NCBI GenBank assembly: GCA_004298325.1
Contig: SCUF01000187.1
Location: 1 to 57,661 of the forward strand
Direction: 5' to 3'
Origin: Betaproteobacteria bacterium
GTDB lineage: Bacteria > Pseudomonadota > Gammaproteobacteria > Burkholderiales > SG8-39
Length of the DNA: 57,661 nt
Shown: positions 1 through 8,800 of the stretch, piece after piece
How positions within the stretch are numbered: the stretch's first letter is position 1
Layout of the letters: each line of letters starts with the position of its first letter
Translations under genes and position numbers: made by a program
Notes under the pieces: model-generated
What the model was told of the DNA's origin: nothing
Seen by the model: the letters and a program-made list of their open reading frames with translations, nothing else
Database searches by the model: none

Positions 1-165
1 CTCGAGCGAATAGACGTTGAGGACGAACAGGTGGAACACGGTGAAGCCGACGCACAGCACCGCGACCAGCATGGACTCCCAGCGACGCAGCTCGCGCTTG
101 TTGCCCGCGAACTCCTCCTCGGCCATCGGCGGCTGGATGACTTCCTGCGTGCTCGTCGGGCTCAT
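1..165 (-). CDS. TRAP transporter fused permease (4TM/12TM, TAXI partner), N-terminal part; runs off the window edge
   Basis: ATG at 165 reads MSPTSTQEVIQPPMAEEEFAGNKRELRRWESMLVAVLCVGFTVFHLFVLNVYSLE. It has a first TM helix and lies directly downstream of the TAXI binding-protein gene. Not in the ORF track. Confidence 0.8.
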   Translation of the reverse strand, partial: MSPTSTQEVIQPPMAEEEFAGNKRELRRWESMLVAVLCVGFTVFHLFVLNVYSLE

Positions 166-166
166 G

Positions 167-200
167 AAAAAAAACCGCGCTGGCTTGCGCGCAGCGCGGT
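167..200 (-). terminator. Intrinsic terminator-like hairpin between TAXI SBP and permease
   Basis: Perfect 9-bp stem ACCGCGCTG/CAGCGCGGT (200-192 / 182-174) with a GCAA-containing loop, followed by a T run (A8 at 167-174 on the + strand). Confidence 0.7.
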
Positions 201-219
201 CCTCGGTGGCCGGCTCTGG

Positions 220-1206
220 CTACTTGCCGATCAGGTTGGCGGGGACGTTGATGCCCTTCTCCTTGTAGTAGCGCACCGCCCCGGGGTGGAACGGCAGGAA
301 GGTGTTGCGGTTCCAGTTCTGCAGCAGCGTTTCTTTCGACGCGGCATGACCCTTCACCATCTGCGGATTGTTTTCCAGCACCGCCTTGGTGATGGCATAC
401 ACCAGGTCTTCCGGCAGGTCCTTGTGGGCGATGCCGAAGTTGAACACGCCCACGGTCTTGTGGTCTTCGGTCTGCTGCTTGTAGGTGGCCTTCGGGATCA
501 CCGAGTCCGACAGCTCGGGCAGCGCCGTCTTGAGCTTCTTGAGCTCGGCGTCGGTGAAGGTGAAGAAGCGCACCTTGTTGGTGGTCTCGAGCTCCGAGAA
601 GGCCGCGATCGGCACGCCGGCGCAGAACGGGAAGGCGTCGATCAGGCCGTCCTGCAGGTTGGCCGCCATGTCGGAGGCCTGGCCGTTGCGGATCGTGGTG
701 TCGACGCCGAGGATCTTGAAGAACATCGGGAAGTACGTGCCGCAGGTGCCGGCGCGCGGGCCGATGCCCGACTTGCGTCCCGCCAGTTCCTTCACCGACT
801 TGATGCCCGATTTTTCGAGCGCGATGAAATGGAACGGCGTGTCGTACATCGGGAAGGTGGCGCGGATGTTCTGGTACTTCTTGCCCTTGGTCCACTCGCC
901 GGTGCCGTTCCAGGCCTGCAGCGCCACGCCCATCGTGGTCATGCCCAGATCGACCTGGCGGGAATCGGTGAGGATGATGTTCTGGTTCGGGCCCTGAGTC
1001 TGCTGCGTGCTGATGGTGGTGCCGAGCTTTTCGTTCACCAGGCTCGCCCAGACCTGCCCGTAAACGAAGTACGTGCCGCCGACCGAGGCCGTGCCGAGGG
1101 TCAGCGTCTTCGGCCAGGCCGGATTGGGTTTGGGTTGCGCCCAGGCGGCGGCGGCGAGCGAGACCATGGCAAGCGCCGCGATGCAGCGGGCACTGAATTT
1201 CGTCAT
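220..1206 (-). CDS. TAXI family TRAP transporter solute-binding protein
   Basis: Signal peptide, LTLGTASVGGTYFVYG N-terminal motif, PFHPGAVRYYKE C-terminal motif; SD GAAGGAG upstream. Confidence 0.93.
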   Translation of the reverse strand: MTKFSARCIAALAMVSLAAAAWAQPKPNPAWPKTLTLGTASVGGTYFVYGQVWASLVNEKLGTTISTQQTQGPNQNIILTDSRQVDLGMTTMGVALQAWNGTGEWTKGKKYQNIRATFPMYDTPFHFIALEKSGIKSVKELAGRKSGIGPRAGTCGTYFPMFFKILGVDTTIRNGQASDMAANLQDGLIDAFPFCAGVPIAAFSELETTNKVRFFTFTDAELKKLKTALPELSDSVIPKATYKQQTEDHKTVGVFNFGIAHKDLPEDLVYAITKAVLENNPQMVKGHAASKETLLQNWNRNTFLPFHPGAVRYYKEKGINVPANLIGK

Positions 1207-1239
1207 GACGATACTCCTTCTCTTTTGCGAATAGGGCGC

Positions 1240-1267
1240 AGCATAGCAGAGCGCAATCCGCCTGCAA
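1240..1267 (-). promoter_or_regulatory. Putative sigma70 promoter of the TAXI operon
   Basis: TTGCAG-N16-TATGCT on the minus strand upstream of the SD. Confidence 0.35.
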
Positions 1268-1360
1268 GCCCCGTGCGCGCTAGAATCGAACGGCCGTCAA
1301 GGGGCCCGTTCTGCGCGGCGCCTTGAAGGAGCGTCCCATGCAGTTGCGCCGGAGCGAGCA

Positions 1361-2257
1361 ATGAACGATTGGCTGGACGGACTGCGGCAGTCGCTGATCG
1401 CGGGGTCGGGACCCGCGCTGCGCTCGGCGCTCAACGTGCTGCTCATCCTCGTGGCCGGCTGGGTGGCGCTGTCGGTCGTCCAGCGCGCCATCCTGCGCTT
1501 TCGCGCCTTCATGGAGCTGCGCCTGCACGATGCCGAGTCGGCCAAGCGGGTCGGCACCCTGTGCCGCGTGTTCCGCCATTTCGGCTCGGTCGTGATCACG
1601 ATCGTGGCCGCGATGCTGGTGATGAACGAGCTGGGCATCTCGATCGCGCCGGTGCTCGCCACCGCAGGCGTGGCGGGCATCGCCATCGGCTTCGGCGCGC
1701 AAAGCCTGGTGAAGGACTATTTTGCCGGCTTCTTTCTGCTGCTCGAGGATCAGATCCGGCAGGGCGACGTGGTCTCGGTCGCGGGTGTCGGCGGTCTGGT
1801 GGAGGAGGTGACGCTGCGCTACGTCAGGCTGCGCGATTTCGATGGCCACGTCCACTTCGTGCCGAATGGTGAGATCAAGACCGTCACCAACCGCACGCGC
1901 GACCATGCGCAGGCGGTGATCGAAGTCGGCGTCGCGTACCGCGAGAATGCGGACGAGGCGCTCGCGGTGATGTGCGAGGTCGGCCGCGAGCTGCGCGCCG
2001 ATCCCGCGTGGCGCGCCAGGATCCTGGACGACGTCGAGATGATCGGCGTCGAGCGCTGGGCCGATTCGGCGGTGATCCTGCGCTGCCGGCTGAAGGTGGT
2101 CGGCATCGAGCAGTGGAGCGTGCGCCGCGAGTTCCTCAAGCGCCTGAAGCAGGCCTACGATGCGCGCGGCATCGAAATCCCGTTCCCGCACCTGACGCTG
2201 TACGCCGGCCAGGCGAAGGACGGCAACGCGCCGGCGTTCAGGATCGACTCGCGCTAG
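1361..2257 (+). CDS. Small-conductance mechanosensitive channel family protein (YbiO-like)
   Basis: Three TM helices, then [48 protein letters not shown] and GIEIPFPH motifs. Confidence 0.92.
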   Translation: MNDWLDGLRQSLIAGSGPALRSALNVLLILVAGWVALSVVQRAILRFRAFMELRLHDAESAKRVGTLCRVFRHFGSVVITIVAAMLVMNELGISIAPVLATAGVAGIAIGFGAQSLVKDYFAGFFLLLEDQIRQGDVVSVAGVGGLVEEVTLRYVRLRDFDGHVHFVPNGEIKTVTNRTRDHAQAVIEVGVAYRENADEALAVMCEVGRELRADPAWRARILDDVEMIGVERWADSAVILRCRLKVVGIEQWSVRREFLKRLKQAYDARGIEIPFPHLTLYAGQAKDGNAPAFRIDSR

Positions 2258-2266
2258 CCGCGGCCC

Positions 2267-3475
2267 TTGTCCGATCTGTTCTTCCTGCCGGATCTTGCAT
2301 CGGCTGCGTCGCAGCTGCCCTGGTACGCGCTGCTCGTGCTTGCCGCCGCGCTCGCGGGCGAGGCGGTGCAGCGCTGGCTGCGGCTGCCGCGCCTGCTCGG
2401 CTGGATCGCCGTCGGCGGCGCGCTCGGCCCGCACGCGCTCGGCTTGCTCGACCAGGCGGCGCTCGACGCGCTGCAGCCCGTGCTCGACCTTGCGCTGGGC
2501 GTGGTGCTGTTCGAACTGGGGCAGCGCGTCGACCTGTCGTGGCTGCGGCGCAATCCCTGGCTGCTCGGCACCAGCCTGCTCGAAAGCGCGTTCGCGTTCG
2601 CCGCCATGTTCGCGGTTCTGCTCGCCCTCGAGGTAACGCCGTTGCTGGCCGCCGTGGCAGCGGCCATCGGCATTTCGACGGCGCCCGCGGTCGTGCTCAG
2701 CGTTACGCGCGACCTGCGCGCGCAGGGGCAGGTCACCGAACGCGCCCTGCTGCTGACCGCGCTCAACTGCGCGTACGCCTACGTCGCGGTCAGCGTGCTG
2801 CTCGCCTGGCTGGCGCGCGAGTACGCCGCCAACTGGCGCATTATCGTGCTGCATCCCCTGTACCTGATCTTCGGTTCGCTCGCGCTCGCCGCCGCGTTCG
2901 CCGGCGGGGCGCTCGGACTGCTGCGCCTGCTGGGCCGGCGCCGCGACGCCCAGTTCCTGTGCGTGCTCGCGCTGGTGGTGCTCGCCGTCTGGGCGGCGGC
3001 CACGCTCAATCTGCCGGTCGCGCTGGCGCTGCTCGGCTTCGGCGCCGCGATCCGCATGCTCGACCGGCGACGCCTGTTCGTGTCGCTCGATTTCGGGCGC
3101 GTCGGCGCGATCCTGCTGATCCTGCTGTTCGCGATCATGGCTGCGAGACTCGAGTGGGCGCTGGTTCCCGCCGGGATCGTGGCCGGGGGCGTGCTGGTCG
3201 CGGCGCGCTTCGCCGGCAAGGCGCTGGGCGTGCTGGCGTTGGCGCCGCTCGCCGGGTTGCCGCTGCGCAAGGCCTCGCTGCTGGCGCTCGCGCTCACGCC
3301 GATGTCCGGGGTCGCCCTGGTCCTGGTGCACGACACGTCCCGGCTGTATCCGCAGTTCGGCCCGGGTCTCGCGGCGATCGTGGTGGCGGCGATCGCGATG
3401 CTGGAGCTGCTCGGGCCGCTGTGCGCGCACTTTGCGCTGGTGCGCGCGGGCGAAGCGGCGGACGAAGGTCGCTGA
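2267..3475 (+). CDS. Cation:proton antiporter (CPA2/Kef-like membrane domain)
   Basis: About 12 hydrophobic segments; [14 protein letters not shown] and ARFAGK motifs; TTG start 10 nt after the mscS stop. Confidence 0.85.
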   Translation: MSDLFFLPDLASAASQLPWYALLVLAAALAGEAVQRWLRLPRLLGWIAVGGALGPHALGLLDQAALDALQPVLDLALGVVLFELGQRVDLSWLRRNPWLLGTSLLESAFAFAAMFAVLLALEVTPLLAAVAAAIGISTAPAVVLSVTRDLRAQGQVTERALLLTALNCAYAYVAVSVLLAWLAREYAANWRIIVLHPLYLIFGSLALAAAFAGGALGLLRLLGRRRDAQFLCVLALVVLAVWAAATLNLPVALALLGFGAAIRMLDRRRLFVSLDFGRVGAILLILLFAIMAARLEWALVPAGIVAGGVLVAARFAGKALGVLALAPLAGLPLRKASLLALALTPMSGVALVLVHDTSRLYPQFGPGLAAIVVAAIAMLELLGPLCAHFALVRAGEAADEGR

Positions 3476-3477
3476 GC

Positions 3478-4596
3478 GTGGAGCGGCTCGCTTTCAAGCC
3501 ATCGGCACCGCTCACGATGGGCGTCGAGCTGGAGCTGCAGCTCGTCAACTCGCGCGACTGCGATCTGACGCGCGCGGCGTCCGACCTGCTGTCGCAGGTG
3601 GCGAAGCGCGCCCATCCGGGCGAGATCAAGCCCGAGATCACCGAAAGCATGATCGAGGTGAGCACCGGCGTTCACGTGCGCTACGACACCCTGACGCAGG
3701 AACTGCGCGCGATTCGCGGTGTCCTGCTGGAGGTGGCGGAGAAACTGAACGTGGGTGTGTGCGGGGGCGGCGCGCATCCCTTCCAGCACTGGAGCGATCG
3801 CCGCATCATGGATGCGCCGCGCATGAAGCACGTCTCGCAGCTCTACGGCTACCTCGCCAAGCAGTTCACCGTGTTCGGCCAGCACGTGCATATCGGCTGC
3901 CCCGACGGCGACGCCGCGCTCTACCTGCTGCATGCGGTGTCGCGCTACATTCCGCACCTGATCGCGCTGTCGGCCGCCTCGCCGTACTACCAGGGTGTGG
4001 ATACCGCGTTCGAATCCTCCCGCCTCAATGCCGTGTTCGCGTTTCCGCTCTCGGGCCGTGCGCCGTTCGTGCAGACCTGGGACGATTTCAACGCCTATTT
4101 CGGCAAGCTGAGCAGTGCCGGAATCGTCGACAGCATGAAGGATTTCTACTGGGACATCCGGCCCAAGCCCGAGTTCGGCACGATCGAGATCCGGGTCTGC
4201 GACACGCCGCTCACGGTGGAGCGCGCCGCCGCGCTCGCCGCCTACGCGCAGGCGCTGGCGCGCTGGCTGCTGGTCGAGCGGCCGCACCGCATCGCCGAGG
4301 ATCTGTACCTCGCCTACACCTACAACCGCTTTCAGGCGTGCCGCTTCGGCCTGGGCGGCGAGTTCGTCGATCCGGTGGCCGGCACCCGGCGCGGCATCGG
4401 CGAGGAGGTGCTGGCGACGCTCGAAGCGCTCGCAGTGCACGCGCGCGAGCTCGGGTCCGAGGCGGCGCTCGGCGAGATCGAGTCGATCGTGCGCCAGGGC
4501 AACGACGCGCGCTGGATGCGCGAGCGCTTCGCCGACAGCCGCTCGCTGCCCGACCTGGTCTGGCGCCAGGTCGAGCGACTGCGCGCCCGCGCGTGA
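3478..4596 (+). CDS. ybdK: YbdK family carboxylate-amine ligase (glutamate-cysteine ligase 2)
   Basis: [34 protein letters not shown] and [19 protein letters not shown] motifs; GTG start at 3478 within the long + ORF. Confidence 0.93.
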   Translation: MERLAFKPSAPLTMGVELELQLVNSRDCDLTRAASDLLSQVAKRAHPGEIKPEITESMIEVSTGVHVRYDTLTQELRAIRGVLLEVAEKLNVGVCGGGAHPFQHWSDRRIMDAPRMKHVSQLYGYLAKQFTVFGQHVHIGCPDGDAALYLLHAVSRYIPHLIALSAASPYYQGVDTAFESSRLNAVFAFPLSGRAPFVQTWDDFNAYFGKLSSAGIVDSMKDFYWDIRPKPEFGTIEIRVCDTPLTVERAAALAAYAQALARWLLVERPHRIAEDLYLAYTYNRFQACRFGLGGEFVDPVAGTRRGIGEEVLATLEALAVHARELGSEAALGEIESIVRQGNDARWMRERFADSRSLPDLVWRQVERLRARA

Positions 4597-5828
4597 GTCT
4601 CGGCGACTCCGTGCCCGCGCGACTGCAGCGCGTGCAGCGCGATCAGGAATGCCGCGGCGTTCCACGACTGACCCGGCATTCCGCGCGGCGCCAGGCTGCG
4701 GCCGTGCAGCCATTCGCTGAAGCGCCAGCGGCCGAGCGCGTTCGCCCGGGCAAGCGCCGCGAGGTCCTGCGCGGCTCGCCGGCGCCGCCCGTTCGCAGCC
4801 AGCGCCGCGACCCAGAAGCCGCCGATCATCGGCCACACGCCGCCGTTGTGATACTGCCAGGCGAGGTTCTGGCCGTGTCGCGCCATGTACGGCCGCCAGA
4901 GCAGATGCGCGTCGGTGATCGGGCTGCAGGTCGCCCGAACGGGATAGGGCGCGGCGACGCGGGCCCGCTCGAGCGCATCGAGCGTGCGCCGGGCGGCGGC
5001 CGGATCCGCGAGCCCGCACAGGACGGCGAGCAGATTGCCGTACACGTCGCCCTCGTCGCCGAAGAAACCGAAGTTGACGAAGCTGAGGTAGAGCGCGCGG
5101 TTGCGCGCCCCGCGCCGTGCGCTGCGCATCAGCAGTCGGGCGCGGCGGTACTCGGCGAGGCCGGTGGAGAACGGGTGGAACAGCTGGTTGGCGTTGCGCC
5201 GCGTCGCCGCCGCCTGCGGCAGGCGGTACAGCCGCTTCACCAGATACCAGAGCGCGTTCGTGTAGAGCACGAACCCGGAGCGCGGCATGATGTCCGCCCA
5301 GTCGCTCGCTTCGTTCTGCTGCAGCAGGCGGAAGCGCTGGTGCTCCTGGCAGGCAAGCCAGTCGAGCGCGCGGCGCTGCCGCGCCGCGAGGCGCGTGCCG
5401 CGGCGAACCAGGCGCGCGCGTGCGAGGCACGCGGTCGCGATCAGCCACCACAGCGTGGCGTCGATACAGCCGAGATACCAGAAATCCGCCTCGCGGCCGC
5501 CGGTTGCGACGAACTTGGGAATCTGGCCGTTGGCCGCCTGATGCGCGGCGAGCGTCAGCAGGCCGCGCGCGGCCGAGCGCTCGAGCGCGGCGTCGCCGGA
5601 GAGCGCCATGCCGATGGCGCAGATCGCCGCGTCGCGGCCGAACACCGCCTCGTAGCTGCGTCGCGCGGCGCCGGCGCCGCGCGACGCCGCGAGAATTCCC
5701 GCGCCTGACAGGTTGCGCCGGAGCAGCGCGACGGCCCGCCGGCGGCAGCGCTCGATCAGCGCGCGATCCTCGGGGCTCAGCGCGTCGAGCGCCGAACGGC
5801 CGGCGACGCGCCGACGCGCCCTAGCCAC
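4332..5828 (-). CDS. Glycoside hydrolase family 100-like ((alpha/alpha)6, alkaline/neutral invertase-related) protein
   Basis: [32 protein letters not shown] and QSWNAA parallel the invertase motifs YDQVFVRD, PVDSGLWW, YHNAGSWP, WPEYYDG and QTW. The GTG start overlaps the treY stop. The last ~95 codons look like non-homologous read-through. Confidence 0.8.
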   Translation of the reverse strand: MARARRRVAGRSALDALSPEDRALIERCRRRAVALLRRNLSGAGILAASRGAGAARRSYEAVFGRDAAICAIGMALSGDAALERSAARGLLTLAAHQAANGQIPKFVATGGREADFWYLGCIDATLWWLIATACLARARLVRRGTRLAARQRRALDWLACQEHQRFRLLQQNEASDWADIMPRSGFVLYTNALWYLVKRLYRLPQAAATRRNANQLFHPFSTGLAEYRRARLLMRSARRGARNRALYLSFVNFGFFGDEGDVYGNLLAVLCGLADPAAARRTLDALERARVAAPYPVRATCSPITDAHLLWRPYMARHGQNLAWQYHNGGVWPMIGGFWVAALAANGRRRRAAQDLAALARANALGRWRFSEWLHGRSLAPRGMPGQSWNAAAFLIALHALQSRGHGVAETHARARSRSTWRQTRSGSERLSAKRSRIQRASLPWRTIDSISPSAASDPSSRACTASASSVASTSSPMPRRVPATGSTNSPPRPKRHA

Positions 5829-8800
5829 CGGCCGCGCCGCGCGCCGGCGGTCCGAAACGCAGCAGCGCCACGGGCAGGTGGCGCAAGGCGTCCGCGATGC
5901 GCAGCGGCGCATCGCACGGCCGCGTCTCCTCGGGTGCCAGAACGTCGTGCAGTTGCGTTCCCGGCGGCAGGAAGGAAAGATCGAGCACGCAGTCGCGCCA
6001 GGCCGCCGCACCGAGCGGCGCCATGCCCGGCGCGAGGCCGAGCGAGGCGAAGAACCGGCCTGCAATCGCGATGAGGCCTTCGTCCCCAGCGCGCCGCGCG
6101 AATGCGATCACGTGCCGGTTGCGCTCGCCGGCGGCGGCAAGCGGCACGTACGCGGCGCCGGCGAACAGCTCCGGCCGGTCGCGGCGCAGCGCGAGGCAGC
6201 GCCACGCAACCCAGAGCTTGGCGCGGCCGTCGTGCGGGGTCGCGAGCATTTCGCGCAGACCCTCGGACTGCGCCTGCGCCGGCGCGGCGGCGAGCTGCTC
6301 GAGCGCCTGCAGCAGCGCGCTGCGATGGGCGAAGTCCACCGGGCGCCGGTTGTCCGGATCCACCAGCGACAGGTCGATCAGTTCGGTGCCCTGGTAGGTG
6401 TCGGGCACGCCGGGCGAGGCGTGCTTGACGAGCGTCTGCGAGAGGCTGTTGAGCGCGCCGTACCACGCCAGCACCGCCGCCTGCGCGCGAAGGTCTTCGA
6501 GGAACGGGTTGGCGCGGGAACTGTCGAGCAGCGCCTGCACGAACCCGCACAGCGCCTGCTCGTACTCCTCGTTGCGGGTGATCCAGCTGGTGGCGTGCTT
6601 CGCCTCGCGTGCGGCCTTCAGCAGGTATTGCTCGATGCGGGCCCGATAGTCCGCCAGCCCCGCCTCGTCAAGCGGGTCCGCCGGGAACGTGCCGAGCAGC
6701 GTCTGGTAGAACAGGTACTGCTCGCTGGGCGTCGGCGCCGTTTCATCGTGGACGCGGCGCAGCCGGGCGCGATTCAGCGTGCGCCAGCGCGCCAGCAGCA
6801 GGCGCCACGCGGCGGGCGTCTCCGACAGGACGTTGATCCTCTGGCGCACGTCCTCGGCGCGCTTGTTGTCGTGCGTCGAGGTCGCGAGCAGCGTGTGCGG
6901 CCAGTGCGCGGCGCGATCGGCGCTCGCGCCGTGGAACGCGCGCAGCGTGATGCCGAACGCGTCCGGGTCCGAGCCGACCTCGTTCAGCGACGCCAGCCGG
7001 TTGTAGACGTAGAACGCAGTGTCCTCGACGCCCTTCGCCGCCACCGGCGCGGTGAACTGCTGGAATTTCATCGCGAAACGCCGCATCTGCGCGGCCAGCG
7101 CGGCAGGCGCTCCCGCAGCCGCCTGCCCGAGCAGCGCCGCGCGCACGAACTCGAGGATCGAGGTATCGGCTGCGCTGCTGCGCCGCCTGGCGCGCGCCAC
7201 CGCCCAGTGGATGAAGCGCCGGTCCTGCGCCGAGACGCGGCGCCCGATGTAGGTGCGGTACACGGGCATGCACGCCGCGATCTCGGCGAGCGCCTGGCGC
7301 AGCGTGTTGAAGGTGTGGTCGCGCGTGCGCCGGTCGGCGCGCGCGATGCGCAGCAGTTCGGCCGCGAGCACCGTCAGCTCGGCGGCAAGCGCATGGCGCG
7401 CGATCGCGCGCCGTCCACGGTAGGCGGCCTCCTCGAAGTCGGACGCCAGGCCGCTGAACCGGCGCCAGACGCGGTCGATGCGATCGCGCGACTGGCCGTC
7501 GACGAACAGGCCGTTCACCACGGCGGCGAAGCGATAGCCGGTGGTGCCGTGCACGGCCCAGCGCTCGGGCACGCGCTCGTGCGCCGCGGCGATCTTCTCG
7601 GCGACGACGTACAGCGGCCGCGGCCGGCGGCCATCGGGCGCGCGTTCCGGCAGTTCGATCCCGGCGCGCCCGGCGTAGGCGCGCTGCAGGCGCTTGAAGT
7701 ATTGCTCGGGGTCGTACAGGCCGTCGGGATGGTCGATGCGCAGCCCCTGCGCGATGTCCGCGGCGCACAGCTCGAGCGGCAGCGCGTGCGTCGCCTCGAA
7801 CACGACCGCCTCCTCGGTGCGCAGGGCGGCGAGGTCATTGACATCGAAGAACCGGCGGTAGTTGATTTCGTCGGAGGCGACGCGCCAGAAGGCGAGGCGG
7901 TAGGCCTGCGCCTCGAGCAATGCATGCATCGCGTCGCGCGCCGCATCGTGCGCGCCGCCGCCCACCTCCGCCGCGGCCGCCGCGATCGCCGATGCCGCTT
8001 CCGGGTGCGCGCGCGCCAGCTGCGCGAGCCGCGCCTGCAACGCGGCGGCCTCGCGCACCCGCTCCGCCGCGGCGCGTTCGCCGGCGTCGCGCGGCGGCAG
8101 CCGCCCGAATGCGGCAGCGAGGTTCGAGCATTCGTCGCGCGCGGCGGGCGCGGCGCCGGTATCGAGCAATGCTCCGGCGCGCTCGAGCAGCGGCGCATAG
8201 CCGCGCGGGTCGGTTGCGAAGCGATGCTCGTGGTAGCACACCACGAGACGGCCCGATTCGGGCACGAAGGCGAGGACCAGCTCGCCGCGCGCGAGTACTT
8301 CGCCGTAGTGGTCGCCGAGGAACGGCAGCAGCACCTTGTCCTTCAGTTCGGGGTCCACCGGGGACCAATCGATGTCGAAGAAGTTCGCGTACGGCGACGC
8401 CGGGCCGTGCTCGAGGACGTGCATCCACCAGCGGTTGTCGCTGCCGATGCCCATGTGGTTGGGCACGATATCGAGGATCAGCCCCATGCCGTGCGCGCGC
8501 AGCGCCGCCGCGAGGCGCTCGAGCGCCTCGCGGCCGCCCAGCTCCGGGTTGATCTCGCCGTGGTCGACGATGTCGTAACCGTGCCGGCTTCCCGGGCGCG
8601 CGCTCAGCAGCGGCGAGCAGTAGAGGTGGCTCACCCCGAGCCGCGCAAGGTAGGGCACGGTCGCGGCCGCGTCGTCCAGCGTGAACTCGCGGTGCAGCTG
8701 CACGCGATAGGTGGCGCGCGGGATCTGCGCCTGCGCCCGTGCGCGCTGGGGCGAAGCGGGCTGCGGGCGTTGCGCGCGCAGCCGGTGCGCGCAGGCCGCG

